Part shown: positions 1 to 12,765 of the stretch, in pieces
Numbering within the stretch: the stretch's first letter is position 1
Layout: each line of letters opens with the position of its first letter
Assembly: GCF_964194155.1 (NCBI RefSeq)
Contig: NC_135882.1
Coordinates: forward strand, 106,640,001-106,704,000
Origin: Cetorhinus maximus
Lineage: Eukaryota
Reading direction: 5' to 3'
Length of the DNA stretch: 64,000 bases
Notes under the pieces: generated by a model
Told to the model about the DNA's origin: nothing
Seen by the model: only the letters and a program-made list of their open reading frames with translations
Database searches by the model: none
Position numbers and translations under genes: made by a program

Positions 1-430
1 ACAGTATCACTGTCATCAGTTTTTAAGGAGCTCATGTGGCTCCTGATCGTCCTCTTTTTTTCCTAATCTAATTGTAATTGTTTTTGTGTTGATTTTGATA
101 TCTTTGCAAGCTTCTTTTCACACTTGCTTTTTGTAGCTCTTACCATCTGTGTTGTCACCCTCTGCTGTTTTTGTATCCTCATCTGCCAGGATCTGTGCTA
201 TTTTGTTCACATTTTTTGTGCTTTTCCAAGTTTTATGTTGTTTCTTTTTTAGTTGTAAATTTCTTTGCAAGTTGAGCTCTTGCCTCTTAGAGGGGTGTAT
301 ATGGGTTCTGTCACAAATGCTCTTTTGAACACCTGATTTTCTGTAGTTTTATCCATTAATGGATTTGCACAGTTTTCTGTGGATAGTTTCTCATGTCCCA
401 TTGAAGTCAGCCTTACCTAAGTCTAGAACT

Positions 431-530
431 TAAATAAAAACTGAAACTGCTGAAAAAACTTAGGTTTAGCAGCATCTGTGGAGAAAGAAACAGAGCTAAC
501 GTTGAGTCCAGTATGACTCTTGTTCGGAAC
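431..530 (-). mobile_element. Penelope-like element terminal repeat fragment
   Basis: aaataaaaactgaaactgctgaaaaaact...agcagcatctgtggagaaagaaacagag, same family as the repeat attached to the GIY-YIG relic at 5170-5825. Confidence 0.65.
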
Positions 531-800
531 TTTAGCTGTTCTGTGTTTTTCCAAGTTGAATTTACAACTGTAATTCATTCAATTTGTTCTCTATATTCTG
601 TATTTTTTTTATAAAGAAATGCCTAACATCCTGACCGGCATTCTGGTTTAATGTTTTACTCTCTCATTTCTTATTTCCCTCTCCAGGTTTTCTCTTTGCC
701 TGTAATGCTTAAAATAGTTTCTGACTGTTGCTCTACTTTTTGTTTGATGTTTGACCCAATACTTAACTGTTTTTTCCATCATTGTCTGCCACTGCCAAAC

Positions 801-802
<2 letters not shown>

Positions 803-831
<29 letters not shown>
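803..831. repeat. Poly-C tract (C29)
   Basis: Directly visible homopolymer. Confidence 0.95.
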
Positions 832-2364
832 ACCCAGTTATCCAGTTACTGCTTTAAAGCTCTTGTGAGCATTCTGTCAATCTTTTCTGCTGGGACCCTA
901 GTACCAGCCCTTCAGGGGATTGGAGACTGTCCTAAACAATATAGTTCCTTCATGTCCCATAAAACGAGTCCCCTCTTCCCCCCTCCCCAATCTGTTTATC
1001 CCTACGCTAGTTTTCACATGGCTTGGGTAATAGATTATGACTCCTCAGTTCAGCTCATAATTCCTGGTACTCTCCAAACAGGACTTTTTGCCCTCTCTAT
1101 GCTGTTGGTCCCATCATGGGTCAAAACAACTGGCTTTCCCCCTCCCTTTCCAGTTGGTTCATACGAGTTAGGATCAGGAATAGGCCACTCGGCCCCTCAA
1201 GCCTGCTCCGCCTTTCAGTAAGATCGTGGCTGATATGATTTTAACCACATATTCCTGCCTACCCCTGATAACCTTTCACCCCCTTGCTTATCAAGAATCT
1301 TGTGATGTCTCTCACCCAGGCATCAGGAAGGCAGCATACCATATAGGACCTTTGATTCTGCATAGAAAGGATGCTACCTATTCCTCTTATTATTGGATCC
1401 GATTCAGTAAAAAGAGAGTAAATAATAAAATTTAAGAAATTAAATGTGCATCTTCCATTATAAATGTGACCAGGGGAACTTATAATGGAAAAAGTTGACA
1501 GGAATGCAAGAAAACATGAGACTTTTAATGTTACTTACTAATTGATCATTACAAACTGGGTATGAAGTCGTAAATTTAGCTGTCAAGTTTTGGGAGTTTT
1601 TGATCTTTTTCCACAATTGTCAAGAGATGCATTCCTTTGGCAGTGTTAAAGGATCAGATGAAACTTGTATATCAAACAATTACTTAAAGTACAGACAAAA
1701 TGATTTTGCTATTAATGAAAGATGCACTTTATGAACCAAGATTTAAAATTGTCTAGTATTTATAATTTTGAAGAGTTTTCTACTTGTGTGGATACTTAAT
1801 ATCAAAACGGTTCACTGTATTCCTATAGAACCTTAAATTTGAACATGTGGGGAAAGCACAGTAACAAGGACCACTAAAGCTCATGGGTCAAAATTTTGTG
1901 AAAATTTACTCCATTCTTGCCAATTACTAAGTACAGTTTTGGGTTCCCTACTTCAAAAGGTCATTGCATTGTAGAGACGCAAAGGTGATTCAAGGAACTG
2001 AAGCTCTTTTAAGTTATGAAGGGAACATCTCAGATCTGAATTTTTTTTGCCATTAAAATGCTGAGGAATAGATAATGTAGATGAGTATCCAAGCTTTTTT
2101 TGCAACATTTCTTCAATACTGCACACATTTAGAGGTAAGTAGATTCTTGATTTTGAAACTAAGGATATAGTGAGGAGAGAAAGTATGTGGGATCATATCT
2201 TTGCAGTTTGAGGAACAAGAAGTTCAAAAGAACGCTGACAATAGTACTGAAATGGACAAGAAACATTGTTATAGAGAGGTTGAACACTGCAGGCCAGTGA
2301 GATTGCATAAACAGTGATCAGCTGTGTTTCCTTCCTAGGAAGGGTTAGAGTTTCAATAACAATG

Positions 2365-2560
2365 GTTTGCATTTATACATAACCTTTAATGTAGTAAACT
2401 GTTCTAAGGTGCTTTCATTAGACATGGGGCTGGATTTGGGTGTTGGATGGTCTTCATTTGTTGAGGGAGAATGTACGACACAACCTGAGCTTCTTGGAGG
2501 CAGCTTTAGCAGTCTCTCAAAAAGTGAGAGAGGAGCAAAGCTGCAGGGAAATCACAGAGA
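2365..2560 (-). mobile_element. L2 LINE 3' tail remnant
   Basis: ttgcatttatacataacctttaatgtagtaaac...aaggtgctt is a reverse-complement match to the L2 3' end at ~50580-50650. Confidence 0.5.
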
Positions 2561-2682
2561 TATGCAAGAACTGTAAAGTGGCGATCTTGTTGAACCACTA
2601 GTCTGCTTTCAATGTTCTTAGTCTTTGTAATGATTTTGATTCAACTGAGTGTCTTGAGTGGGAAGATGAGTCAACCACATTG

Positions 2683-2822
2683 GAATCTCAGAAGAGTCAT
2701 AAGGACTCAAAACGTTAACTCTGTTTTTGTTCACTCCACAGATGCCGTAAGACCTGCTGAGTTTTTCCAGCATTTTCTGTTTCTGTTTCAGATTTCCAGC
2801 ATCCACAGTATTTTGCTTTTGC
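2683..2822 (+). mobile_element. Penelope-like terminal repeat with decayed hammerhead motif
   Basis: gaagagtcataaggactcaaaacgttaactct...cacagatgccgtaagacctgctgagtttttccagc. Confidence 0.65.
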
Positions 2823-3819
2823 ATTGGAATCAGATTGGTAAAACACAGGTTTCCTTCCCTAAAGGATATTCATGAAACTGCTGAATTTTTACAATAAATC
2901 ATCTTTGTTAACAACATCTTTGTATTTCACATTTTTAAAATGTGAATTAATAGTCTTAAACTGCCATGGTGAGATCTCTGGATTATTAGTCCGGACGGTT
3001 GATTGCTAGTCCTGTAATATTACTTCTGTACTCCTATATCCTGAATATGAGGTGTCAAATAGGTGTCCTATTTCACAAGAGATCCTATATTTTTATTTTT
3101 AGTTTGAGGGTTTTCATAGCCTGTTAGGATTGTGCCCACTTTAAATGAATCACCGCATGGTTTGGAGCAGCCATTCTGGAGGGAATGTGCATCTGGGCCA
3201 GTACTCCGCATCTGACTCATGTCTCTAAATAGTTTTCCCTGTCCATCTCCAATTACATTTGAGGAAAATAGCATGGCGATACAAGCTATGAAAGTGGATA
3301 TTATCTTACTGTGTTGAATAAGTGGGAGGTTAGAGACGATTGGGATTGATCACTGAGCTATACATTTACATAGTGGCCCATTGCTCTTACAGTTGCCCTA
3401 TCAGGGAATCTGAAAGTCTGGCTTATGTCCTGAACAGGTGACCAAGGGTTTGGCTGGCATGTTGTCAGGCTGTCTCTGTCTTTGAAACCTATATGTTAAT
3501 AGCAAGCATCACGGTTACGTTTTTAATTGCGAAGGACACCTTATTGATTTTACTTTTGCTAAGAGGACTTAAAGAGAGAGGTGTAGCTAAAAGAAAGAAA
3601 GGATTGCATTTATATGCCTGGCAGTAATAGTTCTTTAGCGTGTATTTCTATTTTATCAGGCAGCTGATGGGGCAGGGTTATTGGAGGGCTCTTGCATCAA
3701 ATGTTCATAGCCTGGTACAAACTAGTTGTATTGATCCCAATATCTCTTTGAATTTTGACACACTTATTGTTTGGAATGGGGAATGTAAGTTTAATACTGT
3801 CGTCATAAACAATTTGTGC

Positions 3820-4210
3820 TGGGCATGAAGCACTCTTCCATCTACAAGAAGTGATGGACACGCAGCTAACAATCCATTTAAGTGGGGTGTTTTCATGTGG
3901 TGGAGTTTTGTCAATGGCTGTGAAGGCCTGTCATGCTTGCAAGAGTCCTTGAGCGCTGCATTGGTCGTTGGGCTCCGGCTACCACCTCCTACACAAGGCC
4001 CTTGAGTATGTGACCGTCTGCCATCCTGTGGCTGTGCCCGATCCACCAAAGCCGCCTCTGATTAGTCCCAGCACACTTAGGAACTCTGCCTTTAAGAGGA
4101 CTGCCACGTTTTTGATTTTGTCCTGCCAGGATATACCCATAATGTGCCACAGGCAGCGAAGATAGAAATGATTGAACTTCTTTTCCTGGCAGCTGTAAAA
4201 ATCACCCATG
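3820..4210 (-). mobile_element. RTE-clade LINE 3' fragment
   Basis: Translation FYLRCLWHIMGISWQDKIKNVAVLLKA matches the RTE C-terminal motif (LRCLRRILGIxWQDxV). Confidence 0.7.
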
Positions 4211-4704
4211 TTTCACAGTCATATCCATCATTTCTCATAGATGGAAGGATGCCAAGGATGCTGGACATGAGGAAAAATATCTGGTTTCAATTCAGGCATA
4301 CTCCAGTCATGAGTGGGCAGAGATAAAGGTGTGATTTATTATCATTTGTTCATTATCACATTTTTATAGAAGAAAATCTTGTTTGTTGAAAGCTATTTGG
4401 AATTTTGAGAAGATGATTGCAAAAGATTTATTTATTTTCTCATTGTAAAAATATACTCTACAAGATAATGCATGTATGATACGTTTCAGAGGAAGTTTCT
4501 GTCTTGGTGAGACAGACAGTGATTTGGTTACCTGTGCTTTTCTTCATCTCTAGAAGTCCAGAACAGCGTTATATAATTATTTTTGCATCTTTAGTGGATA
4601 TAATTTTAGGGTGAAATAATCAGTTGTCATCTGGATGTCAGGAGTTGCCCATCGAAGGAAACCCCTTCACTCATTTTATCCCTTTCTTTCGACCAAATTT
4701 GCTT

Positions 4705-4945
4705 TGAGATGAGGAGAAATTACTTCACCCAGAGTTGTGAATGATTGGAATTCTCTTGGTGGTTGTGAATGCTTCATCATGGAATACATTTAAGGCTGGG
4801 ATAGACAGATTTTTGGTCTCTCGGGGATTGAGCGGTATGACGAGCAGGCAGGAAAGTGGACTTGAAGCCCTAGATCAGCCATGATTGTATTGAATGGCAG
4901 AGCAGACTCAACAGACCATATGACCTACTCCTATTTCTTGTGCTC
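4705..4945 (+). mobile_element. CR1 3' end fragment
   Basis: gagatgaggagaaattacttcacccag...gacctactcctatttcttgtg CR1 tail. Confidence 0.75.
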
Positions 4946-5169
4946 TTCTCCAGTGAACCCAAACCCCAGGAGCCCTCTGTAGTGCTGCTGTGCACTACCT
5001 CAAACTGCTACAACTTGCCTACCATTGTACCATGTATCCTATGCTTCAAGAAAGGTAAAATTTGAATACTTCGTTCAAGTGACATATAATAATCAAAACC
5101 ATCAGTTTACAATTTTCAGGAAAAATTGACAATTGCAACTCAGATCCTCAAATTCTAGAATACAAGAAA

Positions 5170-5825
5170 TTTCAAAAGCAAAATGCTGTGAATGATGCAA
5201 ATCTGAAATAAAAACAGAAAATTCTGGAAATATTCAAGCCAAGCAGCATCCATGGAGAGAGAAACCAAGATTGCGTTTCAGGCTGATAAGTTTTTGTTAG
5301 AACCGGAGAAAGTTATAGGTTTTAAGTAAGTTTGGGGACATGGAAAGAGGTGGGGAGAAAGAAAAGTAAGGCCTATGATTGGTTGGAAAGCAGGAGGGAT
5401 TAAATTTCAGTATGATGGTGTGTGCAAGGCAAAAGGAGAGGATAATGGGATAAGTTTTTTAAAAAACTAGACCGGTCTAGAGAAGTGTAAATGGGAAAGA
5501 CTGAATCATTACCATCAGTTGCTGGTTTTTCAATTTTTACCTTTCTTGAAGTGTAAAATACGTGTAACAATGGTTGGCAAAATGTAGCAGTTTGGACGTA
5601 GTACATGGCTGGCCAAAAAAAATGGTGGGCTGAAGTTATGATCTCAAATTGTTAAACTCAGCATTGTGTCCCAAAGCTGTCGAGGGTTTAAACAAAAGAT
5701 GTAGCGCTGTCCCTTGAGCATTGGGATTGCAGTGGAGAATTGAAATGAATGGAGCTGTTGCACGAAGCGGTGGCCTAACCTGCATTTGATCTCCCCAATA
5801 TTGAGGAAACGACATTGTGAGCTGC
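5170..5825 (-). mobile_element. Penelope-like element 3' part (GIY-YIG endonuclease relic plus terminal repeat)
   Basis: SQCRFLNIGEIKCRLGHRFVQQLHS resembles the PLE CxxCxxxYIGETKRxLxxRFxEH motif; LKGQRYIFCL...NAEFNNL resembles the C-terminus; followed by the terminal repeat. Confidence 0.7.
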
Positions 5826-7849
5826 TTCTCTTCCCTCTTTGCTCCCAGCTCCCCACCTCTGCTGAATATTGTTTTCCCTCAAGCTACTCTTGCCCGGCTT
5901 AAATTCTGTTTGGTAATCTTCCCTCCCATCACCAACTGCTACTGGCTGCATTTCTTCTTCCTTGATAGTTGGCTATTCCATTGTTCAATATCTTTACCAC
6001 TGTGATCTGAATGCCTCTTCCTCAACACCTTCCTTCCCCTCCCTCCTCTATCAGCCCTGTTTTCATATTGGTTACAGAATTGAAAGTGGTTCTGAATGCC
6101 CATGTGTAACATCACAGGAAGTTGACCATTTATAAAGTAAAAGTGCTGGTTATATCTTAGTGGTGTTGTCATAGTGTTAACTGCCTGTCTTGATAACATT
6201 TGGAGCAAAGCTGTTGACAAGTATTGTGTTTTACTTTAAGTTGGCATGCAGCTCCACTGTAAAGACACTGGGTGGCAGTGCTCCAATGTGTAAGCAATTT
6301 CTACTGGATTACAATATGTGGCTGAGCAACATTGTGACCCCCTCCTGGATTTTAGATCATCCTGTGAAAGTGAAGTAGTTTTAGAATATCTTTAATCTTG
6401 TAAGTAAAATAATTCAGGGTAATTCATTATTCCAAGTAAAAATTGAACTGTAGGCAGCAATTCTCAAAATTGCACTTTTTGCCTGGAATCAATTCCTTGC
6501 TTATCACCATTGTCACTTGCTAATTTTTCATTGCTTTGTCCCTTTTAGCTAGAAAGTGATCTCCTTATACAAAACCCCTCGCATATTTCATTGAACAAGC
6601 AAAAAGCACTTGTTCTGCAGAGTAACACCAGATATTCATGTCTTAGTGCACCAATAGTTTGTCAATGCATGTTGATATTATGATATTAAACATGGGTGAC
6701 ATTGAAGTCCTTCCCTCCTCCCTACAAGTCCCCGTATATGGTGAGGTGGACTTTGCAGGGTCGACTGAGCTAGATCTGGCTTTGTCATGTCTAATTCCCA
6801 AAGCATCTATGCTTTTCAATTCTTTGACCAAGCTGTCAGTCCTCTCTTCTAACTGGCCTGTCTTGCCTTGGTTTCTGTTCCTGTGTTTCCTGGCACATTC
6901 AAAATTGTAATTAAAAGACAAATAAAAGAAATGAATTGAACCTTCCCAGTAACGCAAAGGCTATACAACATAGTATTATCTTCCTTACCTTGAGCTTCAG
7001 ATGAAAACTAGCTCAAATAATTATCAGAAACTAGTTACTGAGGAATTCAACGTGAAGCTACATTACATATTACATTGCTTTTCACTATTAATACACTCCC
7101 TAATTGTTCTAAAAAATGCAGCAGCATAACCTCTTTTTAGTGAAGGTTTTATATCATTAGATATACTAAAATGCTTGTTGACTAAGATTACTAATTGAAT
7201 CATGTAACTCATATTGTTTGGAATCAAGTTTGTAACACTGGACAAACATCCATTTGTCTCCTTTGGTGGGTGTATCCATTCACATACCATCAACTCCTTC
7301 CAAACTTGAGAAACACACATTTTCCCAGTCTTTCACATCATAGGACTGAGTTATGAGGAAAAAAAAAACAATGAAATGGCTTTTCCCTTCTTGCAGAATA
7401 ATTAATACAACTCTGAGCCCTCCAGCCTTCATTGAGTTTTTGTTTTAATATAGTTAAAGAATGCATGACTTGAGTAGAACAGACTTATTTAAGTTCTCCT
7501 CTTGTCCCCCTCCTTCATTCTCCCCACTCCCATTCTTCTAGTGTACTTACAATTTCCTCCATTCTGCTGTATGAATACTTGCAGCTAAAGTCAGGCATCA
7601 TCTGATACACAGAACAGGAAAAGTTATTGTCAAGTGTATTTCCAGGATGTAATGCACCTGAGAACTCTGTTGACATAACTGCAAGGTGTTCCCTCTTGTG
7701 CTTTGACATCTTTCCAGGCCAACCTTTAAAACATGAGCCAGAAGAAAAAATATAAATACATTAAGTATCTGGTTTATTTAGAGGTTACTGTATGAGACAT
7801 TTTGAAACCTAGAGTCAGGTGCTAACTTGAAGTCCTTATTTTTTACAGC

Positions 7850-8330
7850 TGCAGACATTTATATAGCACATTTAACATAAAATGTTCCAAGGTAGTTCGC
7901 AGTTAAACAAAATTTGACACTGAGCTACATAAGGAGGTATTAGGACAGTTGACCAAAACCATGGTCAAAGTGGTAGGTTTTAAGAAGCATCTTAGAGTAG
8001 AGAGAAGGAAAGGGGTTTAAGGAGAGAATTCCAGGGTTTTATTATTGGTAGCCATGGTTTCAGCTGCCTATGGTGGGGTGATTTTAAAATCAGTGCTCAA
8101 AAGGCCAAGATTGGAGGAGCACAGATCTCGGAAGGCTGTAGAGCTGGAGGAGATTACAGACATAGTGAGGGGTGAGTCCATGGAGGGATATGAAAACAAG
8201 TGAGAATCTTAATATCAGACTGCCCAGAATTTAGTTGGAGGAAATTCCTGCTCATTCGGTACTGGATGTCAGACAAGGAACAAATCTGAGTGTGGAGGTC
8301 TCAAAAAAGTTAGTGGTGAGGTACAATTTT
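7850..8330 (-). mobile_element. L2 LINE 3' fragment
   Basis: aaatttgacactgagctacataagg...gaccaaaaccatggtcaaag..taggtttt; reverse complement of the L2 at 49845-50650. Confidence 0.7.
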
Positions 8331-8370
8331 TTACTCGGCGTTGAATTTGTCATCTTAATGAAACAGCACT

Positions 8371-8733
8371 GGAAATAGTGGCATAGTGGTTATGTCCACC
8401 AGAGGCCCAGGCTAATGGCCTGAGATACGAGTTAAAATCCCACCACAGCAAGTAATAAACCCGGAATATAAAAGGTAGCCTCAGTAATGGTGACCATGAC
8501 AACTATCATTGATTGTTGTAAAAACCCATCTGGTTCACTAATCTCCTTTTGGAGAAAGAACTCTACCATCCTTAACTGTCTGGCCTACGTGTGATTACAG
8601 ACCCACAGCAGTATGGTTGACTCTTAGCTGACCTCTGCAATGGCCTAGCAAGTCACTCAGTTCAAGGACAATTAAGGATGGGCAACAAATGCTGGCTTTC
8701 CCAGCAATGCCCACATGCCACAAGAATTTTAAA
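8371..8733 (+). mobile_element. tRNA-derived SINE sharing its 3' tail with LINE-A
   Basis: Box A tggcatagtgg, box B-like gagttaaaatcc, body aaacccatctggttcactaat, tail caaggacaattaaggatgggcaacaaatgctggc. Confidence 0.8.
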
Positions 8734-9325
8734 GCACAACAAACACTGTAGGATGCCATGTAGCATCATGAAAGCTACTTGCAAGTGAAACTAGAGCATA
8801 GTGCAATGTCAGTCATTTTGCTTCATTAAGATATCTGGCTTGGTTGTGGCCGCTTTCTTGTCAGTTACAAAATGGTTGCCTTGGCAGTGTTGGGACTGAT
8901 TCCTCTCAATTCATCTACTTGATGAATCCACTTACTTGGTCCTCTTCCTTATTTCTATCAATAATTCCTGATGCTTTTCCAGTCAGCAGCAGGAGTTTAG
9001 AATATGCACAGTGGGCATCAATTTCTCGATTTTACTGTGGATTAAAGAAAAACATAATTTGCCAGCAATAAGTTTATCTCTTCCCAATCTATGATGGGAT
9101 CACAATCTCAGTGGGATTTTTTGTGAGTGCTGCCTCCTTAAGTCAAACCCAGTGTGTTGAGCCTTTGAGCAGGGAGTTCCTACACAACCTGGGTAATTCA
9201 CCTGGTAGATAATGGACACATAATCCCATTGTCATTGTTTCAAGTCCCACATTGACTAATGAAGTTTTACTTAAATATTTTATTCAAAATTCAGGCTATA
9301 TGTAGTCTGTACTTATACTACATGC

Positions 9326-9580
9326 AGGGGAGGTGGTGGTGGTGTAGTGGTATTGTCACTGGACTGGTAATCCAGGGTAATGCTCTGGGGACCCAGGTTC
9401 AAATCCTACCACGGCAGATGATAGAATTTGACTTCAATAAAAGTTTGGAATTAAAAGTCTAATGATGAACATGAAACCACTGTCAACTGTTATAAAAACC
9501 CATCTGGTTCACCTGGTGGTTGACTCTTAACTGCCCTCTTAACAAGGCCAATTAGGGTTACCTAGCCAGCAACACCCACT
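9326..9580 (+). mobile_element. tRNA-derived SINE, same family, internally deleted
   Basis: Box A tggtgtagtgg, box B ggttcaaatcc, aaaacccatctggttcac, partial tail. Confidence 0.8.
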
Positions 9581-10214
9581 GTTTTACCCAAATAGTATCC
9601 TTAAACAGGGTATTGCAATCAGTTCTCCAAATTAGGAATTGGGAAACTCGTTTACTGAAATGTCCTGATTATATAACTTCACCTTTTGCTGAATCATCAT
9701 GTTTTATAAAGGGAACAGTTGATAAATGACAAGTTGTACACTTAGTACAAGAACTTGCAATTGGTTAAGGACTGCATAGGGCTAAAAAAGAGTAACTTGA
9801 ACTTTATTGTTAGTCTGTGTCAAGCCAACTTGTTCATCTTAATGGATGCAACCGACACTGCATATGTGCAGGAAGTGTTGTGGCTCAAATAAACAGCCTA
9901 TTCCCATTTGCAGCAGCATTCTTCTTCACAGAAGCAATAATTTGCCTGTTGGTCAGCAATCTAGAAGTCAGGACTTCAGAGCATAAGTGAGAATGGATTC
10001 ACACCTCATATTTGTTGGTAGTTGTGATTTAAAAAAAACATTTACTCAGATTCACTGCTTCAGATTTGGTTGTCAGTTCCTTATGTGATCCTTGACTCTG
10101 TCAGTTGCTCCATCTGGTGGGATGAATTTAGTGCCAAAAGCAATTGCCGGTGGATTCTGGTTTTACACATGAGCTTCAACTGAGCTCCACGATTGTTTAC
10201 TTACAAGGGGATGA

Positions 10215-10490
10215 TTCAGTCAAAGTGCAGCCATTCCTCCAAGAAGCTCCAGTCCATGCATTTCCTATTGCTTTAGGTAAAGTAACCCACAAAAACATCA
10301 GGTTTTTGCAATTTAGCAATTTTTTTCTTCCTCCCTGTCATACTAGTGTAACCCATGATGGTAATATGTTGCTTGACCTCTTTTTCTCCTGAGCATTTTT
10401 CATTGAAAGCCAGCATCTTACTTGAGTGCTTCTATAAACAGTTTCATCTGCATTAAAAAAGTATCTTCAAGCTTGCAATGAAATCAAATT
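10215..10490 (-). mobile_element. pogo/Tigger DDE transposase relic
   Basis: FNADET (10440-10457), then after a frameshift LAFNEKCSGEKEVKQHITIMGYTSMTG and FLEEWLHFD, typical of TIGD/pogo DDE domains. Confidence 0.7.
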
Positions 10491-10534
10491 TCAGCTGTCC
10501 ATATTCATAGAAATATTGCTACCATGGACCTACA

Positions 10535-12025
10535 AATGAATTAGGAGGATTCGGCCATTTGGCCCCTCAAGCCTGCTCCAGTATTTGATAAGATCATAGC
10601 TGATCTGATTGTAACCTCAACTCTACTTTCTTGTGTACCCCCTATATCCTTTGACTTCCTTGTCAATCAAAAATCTGTCTAAGTCAGACTTAAAAATATT
10701 CATGACCCTGTCTCCACTGTCCTCTGGGAAAGAGAATTACACAGAGCAATGACCCTCTCTTTACCTCCATCTTAAATGGGAGACCCCTTTTTAAATTTTG
10801 TCCCTTACTTCGTCTCTCCAAGAAGGAGATCGATCCTCTCACTGAAGAAGCATGACACCATTCAGGACAAAGCAGCCTGCTTGATTGGCACCCCATCAAC
10901 AAACATTCACACTGTCCACCACTGACGCACAGCAGCAGTGTGTACCATCTACAAGATGCACTGCAGGAATTCACCAAGGCTCCTTGGACAACACCTTCCG
11001 AACCCATGACCACTACCATCTAGAAGAACAAGGGCAGCAGACACATGGGAACGCCACCACCTGGAAGTTCCCCTCCAAGCCACTCACCATCCTGACTTGG
11101 AAATATATTGCAATTCCTTCACTGTCGCTGGGTCAGAATCCTGGAACTACCTCCCTAACAGCACAGTGGGTGTACCCACATCACATGGACTGCAGTGGCA
11201 GCTCACCACCACCTTCTCGAGGGCAGTTAGGGATGGGTATTAAATGCTAGCGTAGCCAGCGATGCCCCCACATCCCATAAATGAATTTTAAAAAAGCATC
11301 CACTCAAGCCTCCTTTGGACCTTATATGTTGCAATAACTTGACCTCTCATTCTTCTAGACTGCAATAGATGCAGTTCTGTCCAACATTTCCTCATAAGAT
11401 AACCCCTTCATCCCAGGAATCAGTTGTGTGAACCTTCTGAATTGCTTCTAATGCTATTATATTGTTTCTCAAGTAAGACCAAAACTGTACATGGTACTTC
11501 AGTTGTGGTCTCACCAATGCCCTATACAACTGTAATTAAAGATCCCTACTTTTATATTCCATTTCCCTTGCAATTAACGACACCACTCCATTTGTCTTCC
11601 TAATCACTTGCTGGACCTGCATACTAACTTTTTGTGATTCATTTACCAGGCAGCTAGATCCCTCTGTACCGCCAAGCTTTGCGTTCTTCCTGCCAAAATT
11701 GACCAGTTCACGTTTTTCTACATTATACTCAAACTGCCAATTTTTTGCCCACTCACTTAATCTGTCTAAATCCCCTTGTCATTCACAAATTTAGCAACCA
11801 TACATTTGGTCCCATCATCCAAGTCATTTATATAGATTGTAAATATTTGAAGTCCCAACACTGATTCTAGTGGCACTCCACTAGTTACAGCTTGCCAACC
11901 TGAAAATGACCTGCTTATCCCTACTCTCTGTTTCCTGTTAGCTGACCAATCCCCTATCTATGCTACTGCATTACCCCCCCTACACCATGTGCTCTTGTGT
12001 AGTAACTGTTGATGTGGCACCTTTA
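10535..12025 (-). mobile_element. CR1 RT/3' fragment inserted in the pogo relic
   Basis: CR1 tail at ~10540-10700 and RT-region similarity to 29190-30880. Confidence 0.75.
10843..11295 (+). mobile_element. LINE-A 3' fragment
   Basis: gacaccattcaggacaaagcagcc...gggatgggtattaaatgctag...aatgaattttaaaaaa. Confidence 0.85.
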
Positions 12026-12029
12026 GGGC

Positions 12030-12170
12030 TTGATTGCAAGGCCATTCGTCTGTTTCCAGGCAACATAGTTGACTGCAAATTCTTTGCTGATTTCATTCAT
12101 CTTTTCTAGCAAACACAATTGTGAGACCCAGGAAGATTAGGTGCTCTGACCTGTTTGAATACAAATTAGT
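12030..12170 (-). mobile_element. pogo/Tigger CENP-B-type HTH relic
   Basis: FKQVRAPNLPGS...LLEKMNEISKEFA resembles WFxQxRxxNLPVSGxxLLEKAxEFA. Confidence 0.55.
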
Positions 12171-12765
12171 CATCAGATTTTCTTGGTCAGGATCAATTTG
12201 GTTGAGAATTCAAATTATCCAATAATTGAATGTAATAAAAGGCCTGGAGTTACCTTGATTGCAGCTTAATCTGGGTGGAATTAAGTGAGTAACACAAAAA
12301 CTGGCATAATTTTAAGCACAAGTGAGTTGTGCCTGCCACCAATTCACACCAGAGTATCAGTGAACTTTTATGCTGGCTCAAAAATCCCTTCATCCAAAGC
12401 AGTTTCCCACTGTCAAAATTGGCTGTGCCCCCAGCTGGGAATGGTGAGTTTCCGCCAATTGTGCCTGTTCTGGGGAGTGATTGGGTCATCAACTTATACA
12501 CAGATTCTTGGATGTGCAGGCATCCATGTTCATGCGAATCCACAGTATATCACTTTCCCAGCAGTCAATTGAAGCCAATTTAAAAAGCAAGATCAAGAAC
12601 ATCAAATCACTAACTGATCTGCCCTGCTCTCCTACAAATTCATTAGTTTAAAAAGGTTTTGAGTTAATTTACTGCCATTCCGCTCCCTTTTGCTAGAGGA
12701 TGCTCTGTTATAGTCACATTTATTACATTGCTTGATTGTGCTGATTCATGAAAAATTAAAGCCTA

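Larger units (their letters stand above)
1..1160 (-). mobile_element. Decayed CR1 LINE fragment (ORF1 esterase end and ORF2 endonuclease pieces)
   Basis: Reverse strand resembles the ORF1 3' part and linker of the CR1 copies at 22400-24400 and 52130-53900; boundaries approximate. Confidence 0.55.

Noticed and set aside
648-1221. Poly-Pro/poly-Gly ORFs
   Set aside because: Produced by the C29 tract inside a decayed CR1
6643-6957. 104-aa ORF first read as an RTE endonuclease start
   Set aside because: Short matches (ctgcaaagtcc, ggacttcaatgtc) point instead to a very decayed LINE-A relative; too weak to call
9326-9415. tRNA gene (A and B boxes)
   Set aside because: SINE head continuing into the SINE body; no convincing cloverleaf
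10030-10150. Faint resemblance to an LF-SINE-like core on the minus strand
   Set aside because: Only a short ttggcactaa-type match from memory; not supportable without alignment
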